DNA from: Candidatus Alangreenwoodia gallinarii
Lineage (GTDB): Bacteria > Bacillota > Clostridia > Peptostreptococcales > Anaerovoracaceae
Assembly: GCA_904398315.1 (NCBI GenBank)
Contig: CAJFPD010000023.1
Coordinates: forward strand, 2,417-66,416
DNA: 64,000 bases
Reading direction: 5' to 3'
The position numbers were made by a program, and so were the translations under genes. Positions 46,239 through 54,487 of this stretch are shown in pieces (position 1 is the first letter of the stretch; each line of letters starts with the position of its first letter). The notes below the pieces were generated by a model. It ran no database searches. It saw only the letters and a list, made by a program, of their open reading frames with translations, and was not told the DNA's origin.

Positions 46239-47423
46239 TTATCTGCGATTCTTTCTGCCTTTTCCGGCCAGAGACAACATCTGTCTGTTTTTTTTGACGG
46301 CATCCTTCAGCTTTTTCAGCGTTTCCTCTATTTCTTCCCCGGTATTCATACAGGAGAAACTGAACCGCACAGCGCCTTCGATCTCTTCCTGTGAAAGTCC
46401 CATGGCGCGCAGAACGTAGCTGCCTTTATTCTTCGACCTGGAAGAACATGCAGAGCCCGTCGATACATAGATACCGTCCTGTTCCAGCATATGCAGCAGC
46501 ACTTCCGCTCTCGTTCCCGGAAAACTGACATTCAGAATATACGGAAGACAGCGGCTGTCATCCGGCCCGTTAATTCTGACGTCGGGAATCTCATGCAGAA
46601 TTCCCTCCTTCAGTCTGCTGCGAAGCAGAGATACGTGCTCAAAATTTTTCCGCATTTCTTCCTCTGCCAGCTGTGATGCCCTGGCAAAACCGACGATCCC
46701 CGGCACATTTTCCGTTCCGGAACGCATCCCGCGTTCCTGTCCGCCGCCGCACAGAAGGGGGAGAATATGTCGGCCGCGATCGATATACAGCATTCCCACG
46801 CCCTTCGGGCCGTGAATCTTATGTCCGCTGGCAGACAGCGCATCGATGTGACTCTCCCGGACCGGAATCGGTATTTTTCCATAGCTCTGCACCGCATCGC
46901 AGTGAAAGAAAACGTGCTCCCGGCTCCGAAGCGCCGTACCGATCTCCTTTACCGGCTGTATCGCCCCCGTTTCGTTATTGACATGCATTACCGATACCAG
47001 AACCGTATCTTCCCGAAGAGCCGACTGAATCGCATCAGCGCTTACCACGCCATCGCTGCCGGGATCCACATATGTTATCTCAAATCCCATCTCCTCCAGT
47101 CTGTGGCAGCATTCCAGCACGGCGTGATGTTCGATGGAAGTGGTAACGATATGACGTCCCGAGCGTTTCAGAGCGCCGCAGGCGCCGAAGATAGCCGTAT
47201 TGTCCGACTCCGTTCCGCCGGAAGTAAAATAGATTTCCTCATCGGAAACGCCGAGAAGCGATGCCACCGCTTTTCTGGAAGCTTTCATCTTTTTTTCCGC
47301 CTCTATTCCCATATGATGAAGCGAGGACGGATTTCCCCATGTATTTTTCACCGCATCCAGTACGGCGTCCGTCACCTCTGCCCGTTCAAAGGTAGTGGCG
47401 CTGTTGTCCAGATATGCAGGCAT
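46239..47423 (-). CDS. Cysteine desulfurase (NifS/IscS family)
   Basis: YLDNSATT, PLP-lysine SASGHKIHGPKG, and active-site GSACSS. Adjacent to thiI. Confidence 0.9.
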   Translation of the reverse strand: MPAYLDNSATTFERAEVTDAVLDAVKNTWGNPSSLHHMGIEAEKKMKASRKAVASLLGVSDEEIYFTSGGTESDNTAIFGACGALKRSGRHIVTTSIEHHAVLECCHRLEEMGFEITYVDPGSDGVVSADAIQSALREDTVLVSVMHVNNETGAIQPVKEIGTALRSREHVFFHCDAVQSYGKIPIPVRESHIDALSASGHKIHGPKGVGMLYIDRGRHILPLLCGGGQERGMRSGTENVPGIVGFARASQLAEEEMRKNFEHVSLLRSRLKEGILHEIPDVRINGPDDSRCLPYILNVSFPGTRAEVLLHMLEQDGIYVSTGSACSSRSKNKGSYVLRAMGLSQEEIEGAVRFSFSCMNTGEEIEETLKKLKDAVKKNRQMLSLAGKGRKNRR

Positions 47424-47439
47424 AAAAACCTCCTGTCGT

Positions 47440-47471
47440 AAAATGCGGGCCGCCCTATCGGGCAGCCCGCA
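47440..47471 (-). terminator. Hairpin with short U-tract between rny and the cysteine desulfurase gene
   Basis: 12-bp stem (one G-U pair) with a GATA loop, followed by TTTT on the minus strand. Confidence 0.5.
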
Positions 47472-47500
47472 GCGTCATGATCTCTCTTTATACTATTATA

Positions 47501-49024
47501 CTATTTTGCATAATCGATAGCTCTCGTCTCACGGATGACATTGACCTTAATCTGCCCCGGATACTGAAGCTCACTCTCGATTTTCTTGCTGATCTCTCTC
47601 GCCAGAAGAGGAATATCGTCATCCGATTTCTCCTCCGGACGGGCGATAACCCGGATTTCACGTCCCGCCTGAATAGCATAGGATTTTTCAACTCCCGGAG
47701 TATTGTTTGCGATTTCCTCCAGCTTCTGAAGACGTGTGATATACGTTTCCAGTGTCTCCCGGCGTGCTCCCGGTCTTGCTGCAGAAAGAGCATCCGCCGC
47801 CGCGATCAGAACCGCTTCCAGACTCTTAGGCTCATAATCCCCATGGTGGGCGGCCATACCGTCGATCACGGCTTCCGATTCCTTATACTTCCGCAGGAGG
47901 TCGATACCGATATCCACATGTGTTCCCTCCACCTCGTGATCGATGGACTTGCCGATATCATGAAGCAGACCTGCTCTCTTGGCCAGCTTCGGATCGAGTC
48001 CCAGTTCGGAAGCCATCAGGCCTGCAAGATGTGCGACCTCTACGGAGTGCTGCAGTACGTTCTGTCCGTAGCTCGTCCGGTACTTCAGGCGTCCCAGCAG
48101 CTTCACGAGTTCCGGATGCAGGTTATGTATTCCGACATCGAAGGTCGCCTGTTCCCCTGCTTCCTTTATGGAACTGTTCACCTCACGCTGTGCCTTTTCT
48201 ACTGTCTCCTCGATACGCGCGGGATGTATTCTGCCGTCGACGATCAGCTTCTCGAGGCAGATTCTCGCCACTTCCCGGCGAACCGGGTCAAATCCGGAAA
48301 GTATAACTGCTTCCGGCGTGTCGTCGATGATGAGATCGACTCCGGTAGCCGTTTCGATCGCACGGATGTTTCTTCCTTCCCGTCCGATGATTCTTCCCTT
48401 CATCTCATCATTCGGCAGATTGACCACCGATACGGTGGATTCCGCCACCTGATCAGCCGCACAGCGCTGAATCGCACCTGTGATAATCTCCTTTGCCTTT
48501 TTATCGGCCTCATCTTTCGCCTTTGTTTCAATCTCTTTGATCATGACGGATGCATCGTGACGGATTTCCTTTTCCAGATTGGACAGCAAAATAGCCTTTG
48601 CTTCTTCCGCCGTATATCCGGAAACGCGCTCCAGCTCATGAAGCTGCTTCTCGATAAATCCATCCAGCTCGGCCTCTTTGGCTGCCAGACGATGTTCTGT
48701 ATTCGTTATGCTTTCTTCTTTTCTTTCGATATTTTCCAGTTTCTTGTCGATCGACTCTTCTTTGGAAATGAGACGCTTTTCCAGACGGTTCATCTCATTT
48801 CTGCGGTCTCTGACCTCGCGCTCGACATCGCTCCTCATCCTGTGAGCTTCTTCCTTTGCCTCGATCGTAATCTCTTTCTTTATCGTTTCAGCCTGATTTT
48901 CCGCATCCAGGATGATATTTGACGCGCGCTGCTCTGCAGATCCGATCGCCTTCTCGCTTACCGACTTTCTGATGATATAACCGACCAGAAACCCGATGGC
49001 CAGTGCACAGACCGCGATAAGCAC
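47501..49024 (-). CDS. rny: Ribonuclease Y
   Basis: N-terminal TM helix, coiled coil, KH domain ([21 protein letters not shown]) and HD domain (HDIGK..HH). The 5' end is uncertain and may begin at 49042 (see finding). Confidence 0.95.
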   Translation of the reverse strand: MLIAVCALAIGFLVGYIIRKSVSEKAIGSAEQRASNIILDAENQAETIKKEITIEAKEEAHRMRSDVEREVRDRRNEMNRLEKRLISKEESIDKKLENIERKEESITNTEHRLAAKEAELDGFIEKQLHELERVSGYTAEEAKAILLSNLEKEIRHDASVMIKEIETKAKDEADKKAKEIITGAIQRCAADQVAESTVSVVNLPNDEMKGRIIGREGRNIRAIETATGVDLIIDDTPEAVILSGFDPVRREVARICLEKLIVDGRIHPARIEETVEKAQREVNSSIKEAGEQATFDVGIHNLHPELVKLLGRLKYRTSYGQNVLQHSVEVAHLAGLMASELGLDPKLAKRAGLLHDIGKSIDHEVEGTHVDIGIDLLRKYKESEAVIDGMAAHHGDYEPKSLEAVLIAAADALSAARPGARRETLETYITRLQKLEEIANNTPGVEKSYAIQAGREIRVIARPEEKSDDDIPLLAREISKKIESELQYPGQIKVNVIRETRAIDYAK

Positions 49025-49268
49025 CGTAATGATTTTTATGATAAATACACCTCCTCAGTGCCAGATGTGGTATTTATGAAAAACTGAACTTTTCATATAG
49101 TTTATACGGGATTTTTCCCTCCGCCATTCCGCGCTTTCGCATCCATGACCGCTTCCGCCCTCCGAAACAGAATCTTTCCGCATCCGGAAGAAAACTGCGG
49201 CAAATCTTACGAATCTATTATATTTCGCGGAATAACGTTAAAAATATAAGCATAGAACGAACTACATA

Positions 49269-49298
49269 TTGATATATGCATCCTATTTATATTATAAT
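49269..49298 (+). promoter_or_regulatory. Candidate sigma-A promoter for rodA
   Basis: TTGATA (49269-49274), an 18-nt spacer, then TATAAT (49293-49298). Confidence 0.45.
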
Positions 49299-49330
49299 GT
49301 TTACACTGAATTGTCAAGGTTTCAAGGGAG

Positions 49331-50443
49331 GTGCGGAGAATCAATTACTTAAAGGACCTTATCAAAAATATTGACCGGATTCTGCTGATTCTTCCGGCTA
49401 TTTTTGCTGTCATCAGCATCGTCATGATCGAGAGTACCGTCTATGACGGCGAGCTCGTGCTGTCCCGCGACGTCATCATTCAGTTTGTCGCCTATATCAT
49501 CGGTTTCGTCGCCATGTTCGTCATGCTACTGTTCGATTATCACCAGTATATGAGTATCACTAAGATTCTCTACGTACTTTCCGTGATTTTCATGCTCCTG
49601 GTCTATACACCTCTCGGTATCGAGCAGTATGGCTCAAGAGCCTGGATCAGTCTGGGTGTGACGACTTTTCAGCCGTGCGAAATCGTCAAAATCACTTTTG
49701 TGCTGATCTTCGCAAAATATCTGTCGGAGCACTCATGGGAACTTCTGAAATTCAAGGGACTGGTCAAGGCTGTCATCATAGCGGCTCCTCTGATCCTGCT
49801 GGTGCTCGTGGAAGATATGGGAAACGCTCTGGTCATCACTTTCATGATGATCATCATGATCTATGCAGCCGGCGTCAACGGAAAGATCTACTGGGGCTGC
49901 GCCGCTGCCGTATGCGCTTCTCTGCCTGTGGTATACATGCTGATGGCGGATCATCAGAGAGCGCGTATAGACGCCTTTCTCAATCCGAACGATCTCAGTC
50001 TCAATGCCAACTATCAGGTCTGGCACTCGAAGATAGCCATCGGTTCGGGAGGATTTTTCGGCAAAGGTCTCTTTCAGGGGGAACAGAAATCGCTGAATTA
50101 TCTTCCGGTCGCCAATTCCGATTTCATCTTCGCCGTCATCTGTGAGGAACTCGGTTTTATCGGCGGCGGAGCTGTGATCGGCCTGTACGGGCTCTTTATG
50201 TACCGGATCGTAAAAATCGCGACAAAGGCAAAAGACACGTATGGATATCTGATCGTCATCGGGCTTGGTTCCATGTTTTTCTTTCAGATCTTTGAAAACA
50301 TCGGTATGACGATGGGCATCATGCCGGTGACAGGAATTACTCTGCCGTTTATCAGTTCAGGCGGAACCTCCGTCATCATGAATATGATCGCCCTCGGCAT
50401 CATCATCAGCGTGGGAATCCGGAGCAAGATCATCAACTTCTGA
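49331..50443 (+). CDS. rodA: FtsW/RodA/SpoVE family glycosyltransferase, probably RodA
   Basis: 370-aa polytopic protein with a SEDS family signature (QPCEIVKI, SDFIFAVICEELGFIGG, GITLPFISSGGTS). The GTG start abuts AGGGAG, so the exact start is uncertain. Confidence 0.85.
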   Translation: MRRINYLKDLIKNIDRILLILPAIFAVISIVMIESTVYDGELVLSRDVIIQFVAYIIGFVAMFVMLLFDYHQYMSITKILYVLSVIFMLLVYTPLGIEQYGSRAWISLGVTTFQPCEIVKITFVLIFAKYLSEHSWELLKFKGLVKAVIIAAPLILLVLVEDMGNALVITFMMIIMIYAAGVNGKIYWGCAAAVCASLPVVYMLMADHQRARIDAFLNPNDLSLNANYQVWHSKIAIGSGGFFGKGLFQGEQKSLNYLPVANSDFIFAVICEELGFIGGGAVIGLYGLFMYRIVKIATKAKDTYGYLIVIGLGSMFFFQIFENIGMTMGIMPVTGITLPFISSGGTSVIMNMIALGIIISVGIRSKIINF

Positions 50444-50544
50444 TCTTGCGCGCGTTCGCCCGGTTTTCTTTGTAAGGCAGGCCTATAAAACAGAAAGAAT
50501 GCAATAGCCGAAACAGTAACAGTAATAAGGGACGATGTACGATG

Positions 50545-50591
50545 AAAGGGGAGTCCCCCGGATCCAATGATGATCCGGGGGACTCCCCTTT
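50545..50591. terminator. Bidirectional terminator between convergent rodA and phaJ
   Basis: Perfect 20-bp stem: AAAGGGGAGTCCCCCGGATC (50545-50564) pairs with GATCCGGGGGACTCCCCTTT (50572-50591). Confidence 0.8.
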
Positions 50592-50641
50592 CGAAAAGGA
50601 AAAGACATATCCGGCGCTTCGCGCCGTACCGTCCGGATCTG

Positions 50642-51064
50642 TCAGCCCCGGGGTGCCAGAACGAGTGCCGTTCCTTTTATCACTTCTTCTCCGTTCTGGT
50701 TTCTGTAGCTCACATCGAAAAGAACTCTTCCCTTCTCACGCTTCTCCGCTACAGTAATTTCCGCCGTAACGGTATCACCCAGATAGACCGGCTTCACATA
50801 GGAAACGCTCTTCTCAAGAAAAATCGTTCCCTTTCCCGGATATTTCATACCGAGTACCGTACTGACAAGGCTGTCCGCCAGACATCCGTGCACGACTCTG
50901 GACCTGAACAGAGAGGACTCCGCCGCAACCTGATTGATGTGCAGTTCATTGAAGTCTCCCGTGATACCTGCAAACTGATAGACGTCGCTCTCACTTATCG
51001 TCTTCGAGAAAGAAGCCTTATCGCCGATCTGAATTTCATCATAAGTTACGAAATCCTTTGCCAA
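50642..51064 (-). CDS. phaJ: MaoC-family (R)-specific enoyl-CoA hydratase
   Basis: Hot-dog fold motifs (FAGITGDFNELH, VVHG). TTG start 6 nt after AAAGGAG. Last gene of the pha operon. Confidence 0.85.
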   Translation of the reverse strand: MAKDFVTYDEIQIGDKASFSKTISESDVYQFAGITGDFNELHINQVAAESSLFRSRVVHGCLADSLVSTVLGMKYPGKGTIFLEKSVSYVKPVYLGDTVTAEITVAEKREKGRVLFDVSYRNQNGEEVIKGTALVLAPRG

Positions 51065-51066
51065 AA

Positions 51067-52137
51067 TTAACTCCTTTCCACGATCCAGTCTCCGATGATC
51101 GGAGCGATCACGTTCTTGCTGTTCGGACTGATATAGATGCCGACATGACCCACATCGAAGATATGGAATTCCTTATCCGTGCTGCTCACCGCCTCAAGAA
51201 GCGGCTTCGTCGAAGACGGCGGAACCAGATGGTCGTATTTCGCGCAGATTACGAGAAGCGGGCATGTGATATCGCTCAGCTTTACCTCTTTTCCGCCGAG
51301 AGTAAATTCGCCCCTGATCAGCTTATTATCCTCATAGAATTCTTTTACAAATTCACGTATCGTCTCACCCTCCTGATCCGGACTGTCGAAGATCCAGTTT
51401 TCCGTACGGAGGAAGTTTTCCAGATAAGCCGGATCCGACATCGCCGCGCCTGCGCCGACGTACTTGTCGATCATCAGTTCAAACGGCTTCAGCAGAACGA
51501 ATACCGCGTTCATCAGATCCGCAGGAACATTGCCGTAGGCATCCACCATCTTATCCACGTTGAAATGCTTGCTCCACTTAAACAGAAGTCCCTCATCGAT
51601 GCTGAAATCGATCGGCGCCACCATAGCGACGAAGTTTTTGATCTTATCCTGATGCAGCGCGGTATAGATCGCGCTGAACGTACCTCCCTGGCATACGCCG
51701 AGAAGTGTGATCTGAGGCTTTCCCGAAGCTTTGATGATGTAGTCGACGCAGTCATCCATATACCACTCGATATGATCCTCCAGCGTCATATACATGTCTT
51801 CCTTTGCCGGATATCCCCAGTCGATAATATAGGTGTCGATCCCCTTTTCGAGGAAGGATTTGATCACGGATCTGTCGGGCTGGAGATCCATCATATACTG
51901 CTTGTTCACCAGAGCATAGGTGATCAGCATCGGCGTATCCTGAAGTTTCGACTCCTCTACGAGAGGAACATAATGGTAAAGCGTCATCTTGCCGATCTGC
52001 AGCACAGGCTCTTTTTCCAGTTCACCTGTGCGTATCCTGTCAGATGTCATATTGACGAGGTTTTCCATCCCCTTTACGACACCGTTCATATAATTGACCG
52101 CGTATTCGGCGGAACCCTTAATATCAAATTTTCCCAT
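51067..52137 (-). CDS. phaC: Class III poly(R)-hydroxyalkanoate synthase catalytic subunit
   Basis: About 356 aa with the lipase-box GVCQGG and an alpha/beta-hydrolase layout matching class III PhaC. The ATG at 52137 follows GGAGGG by 9 nt, while the track ATG at 52146 abuts the SD. Confidence 0.9.
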   Translation of the reverse strand: MGKFDIKGSAEYAVNYMNGVVKGMENLVNMTSDRIRTGELEKEPVLQIGKMTLYHYVPLVEESKLQDTPMLITYALVNKQYMMDLQPDRSVIKSFLEKGIDTYIIDWGYPAKEDMYMTLEDHIEWYMDDCVDYIIKASGKPQITLLGVCQGGTFSAIYTALHQDKIKNFVAMVAPIDFSIDEGLLFKWSKHFNVDKMVDAYGNVPADLMNAVFVLLKPFELMIDKYVGAGAAMSDPAYLENFLRTENWIFDSPDQEGETIREFVKEFYEDNKLIRGEFTLGGKEVKLSDITCPLLVICAKYDHLVPPSSTKPLLEAVSSTDKEFHIFDVGHVGIYISPNSKNVIAPIIGDWIVERS

Positions 52138-52157
52138 TTTTACCATCCCTCCGTTTT

Positions 52158-53336
52158 CTATTTCAGACTATCAAGTTCTGCGCGCAGTGCCGCGATTTCC
52201 TTCTTCAGATCACGGACGTCCTTCCGCAGATCATACACCGTCTTATAAACGCTCTTCATCTCCGAATTCGTCGGAATCGGCAGGGAAGACAGCATGCTCT
52301 CCATGAATCTGTCCGCTTTGATCTTGAAATCATATGCATTTGTCGCGTATTCATTGATAAAATCCGCAAATTCGTCGGTATAGTAAAATTTATTTACGGC
52401 CGCAGAATTCACTTTGATCCACATATCGTAGAAATCCTTGAAGGTAAACTCCTTTTCCGGATCCGCCAGAAGCTCCTGAACCTGCTGCCAGAGTTCGGTA
52501 TTAGCATCTCTGAGGATATTCTGAACATTTGCCGCAATCTCAAAATAGCTGAACATCATCCGCACATAGGAATCGAGCATCTGAAGATTCATATCCGCCT
52601 TATCCTTCGTGATACCGATATTGTTCATATTAAAGAGCTTGCCGAAGGAACTCTGATATGCATCTGTAACCAGAGAGACGAATCTGGCATAACTCTCCTT
52701 ATCGCCCGTGGAAGCCTTCGTGATGCAGTCAAGCAGTTCTTCTCTCTTTTCTTTCCACGGAGCCATGAAATCGGCGAATGCCGTATTCACCGTCTTTCCG
52801 AGATCCGCATAGGATTCCATCAGACCGAATACATCCTCCGACATGATCGGTTTGAAAAATTCCCTGGAAAGCTCCTGCAGAAGCTCTTCCGACTTCTGAA
52901 CGTAGCGCTCCGCTGCCCCGAACGGATCCTTTGCGCTTTCCGCAGCGTCCGCAATGCACTCTTTCCAGAAATCGTACAGTTTCGTATAAACGGACATGGA
53001 AGTAAAGAAGCGTTCCATAACCGGCATCACATCTGCAGGATTCATGCGCCGGAACATATCGCTTCCCGGTGCGAAGTCAAACCACATCCGCATCATATTT
53101 TCGTAAGACTTCCACATATTCTGCGTCATGTCCCCCGTGTTCTTCAGCATAGCTTCTGTCGCTGCCTGCATCGTCCCGAATACGCTCTCCGCATTTTTCT
53201 TTTCCTGTTTTTCCGAATCGCCGCTGTCATTCCGGAAAAATTTTGAAAAATTCTCCACCGCATCCATGTACTGGTCCATCATATTCTTCTGAAGTTTCAG
53301 ACCTTTTTCGTACATTTCTTTATTAAAAAAATCCAT
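52158..53336 (-). CDS. phaE: Probable PHA synthase subunit PhaE
   Basis: About 392 aa located directly upstream of class III phaC. C-terminal LPIPTNSEMKSVYKTVYDLRKDVRDLKKEIAALRAEL resembles the PhaE C-terminal box. The ATG at 53336 follows AAAGGAG. Confidence 0.7.
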   Translation of the reverse strand: MDFFNKEMYEKGLKLQKNMMDQYMDAVENFSKFFRNDSGDSEKQEKKNAESVFGTMQAATEAMLKNTGDMTQNMWKSYENMMRMWFDFAPGSDMFRRMNPADVMPVMERFFTSMSVYTKLYDFWKECIADAAESAKDPFGAAERYVQKSEELLQELSREFFKPIMSEDVFGLMESYADLGKTVNTAFADFMAPWKEKREELLDCITKASTGDKESYARFVSLVTDAYQSSFGKLFNMNNIGITKDKADMNLQMLDSYVRMMFSYFEIAANVQNILRDANTELWQQVQELLADPEKEFTFKDFYDMWIKVNSAAVNKFYYTDEFADFINEYATNAYDFKIKADRFMESMLSSLPIPTNSEMKSVYKTVYDLRKDVRDLKKEIAALRAELDSLK

Positions 53337-53492
53337 CGCGTCTCCTTTCTGGAATACCACTTTATGCACTTTATTATCTTCACAACCGGAATGATTACCC
53401 TCCATTCCCTATTTATATTTTATACACATGACAAACGAAATGCAAACACTTTTAAAGCATACATATATTTTACACAAATTATTTTATAATTC

Positions 53493-53540
53493 TACAATTT
53501 ATTGTAAAGTATATTTTACAATTTTCCCTATTTTATTGTA
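53493..53540. promoter_or_regulatory. Paired inverted repeats built from the half-site TACAAT upstream of phaE
   Basis: TACAAT-tt-ATTGTA at 53493-53506, and TACAAT-N12-ATTGTA at 53517-53540, within a 390-bp AT-rich spacer. Confidence 0.35.
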
Positions 53541-53673
53541 TTCCATGCACCAGATATCACATCTGTGCCTCCCGATTTTCGGCCCGGGCCAAAATCCGGA
53601 AAAATTACATCCTTCAGAATTCATGCAGACGGCGGATCATGATTCTTTATCGCAGCTCTTTTCCGTACAACCG

Positions 53674-53710
53674 AAAAAGACTTCACATGCCGCGCTGTGA
53701 AGTCTTTTTT
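53674..53710 (-). terminator. Bidirectional-type terminator after minD-like gene
   Basis: AAGACTTCACA (53677-53687) pairs with TGTGAAGTCTT (53696-53706), flanked by A5 and T6 runs. Confidence 0.7.
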
Positions 53711-53724
53711 CCCGGTATTTTTGA

Positions 53725-54462
53725 TTATTCCGCCGCAGCCTCTTCCGGAAAGAGACGACCGAGGATATTCATGAAATTTCTCATCACATAGGAATCTTTC
53801 TTACAGACGACAGGAACACCGCTGTTCATAGCGATATGAATATTTTCGTCCTCCTGAATAATTCCAGCCACCGGACAGCGAAGCGCCTCCGCCATCTCGG
53901 AAATCGGAGGAAACAGAGAACTTTTATCGTATCCCGCCTTTACTCTGTTAATGACAGCACAGCTGTCCGGAACGCGGTTTTTTATCAGCTTTCTCTCCAG
54001 AGAATCGGAATCGCGCAGAGAAACATATTCCTGTGTCGTCACGATTACCGCACTGTCTGCGGAAGCGACGGAAGCTTCCCAGTCTTTTCCCGCGCAGGAA
54101 GGCGTATCGATGATGATATGATCGAATTTCCGGCTCAGCTTTTCACACAGCCGTTCCATATGGGACGGAAGAATCTCCGCCTTATCCGGATTCTGTGAAG
54201 CGGACAGAAGATAGAGCGCAGGAAAACGGCGATCCCGGATCAGCGCTTTTCCGATCGTACATATCCCTCCTATGATATCCTCAATATCATATATCACCTG
54301 ATTTTCCAGACCGAGACAGATATCCAGATTCCGGAAACCGCTGTTCATGTCGATCAGCAGAGTCGTCTCTCCCTTCATCGCAAGACAGGAAGCGAGGTTG
54401 ACCGCGAACATCGTCTTTCCCATACCTCCCTTTCCCGCCGTTATAGCCGTAATCCTGCCCAT
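53725..54462 (-). CDS. minD: MinD/ParA-family ATPase, divergent MinD-like
   Basis: Deviant Walker A GKGGMGKT, plus GFRNLDICLGLENQVIYD and AVIVTTQEYVSLRDSD aligning to MinD. The ATG at 54462 follows GGAGAAAAG. Confidence 0.75.
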   Translation of the reverse strand: MGRITAITAGKGGMGKTMFAVNLASCLAMKGETTLLIDMNSGFRNLDICLGLENQVIYDIEDIIGGICTIGKALIRDRRFPALYLLSASQNPDKAEILPSHMERLCEKLSRKFDHIIIDTPSCAGKDWEASVASADSAVIVTTQEYVSLRDSDSLERKLIKNRVPDSCAVINRVKAGYDKSSLFPPISEMAEALRCPVAGIIQEDENIHIAMNSGVPVVCKKDSYVMRNFMNILGRLFPEEAAAE

Positions 54463-54487
54463 TTTCTTTTCTCCCGTAACATCAATA

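Noticed and set aside
49057-49268. Possible structured RNA in the rny-rodA divergent region (long-range ATTCCGCG/CGCGGAAT and CTTCCG/CGGAAG pairings)
   Set aside because: The pairings are short and I cannot match them to any known RNA family (6S, SRP, RNase P and tmRNA signatures are absent). This needs covariance or RNA-seq evidence.
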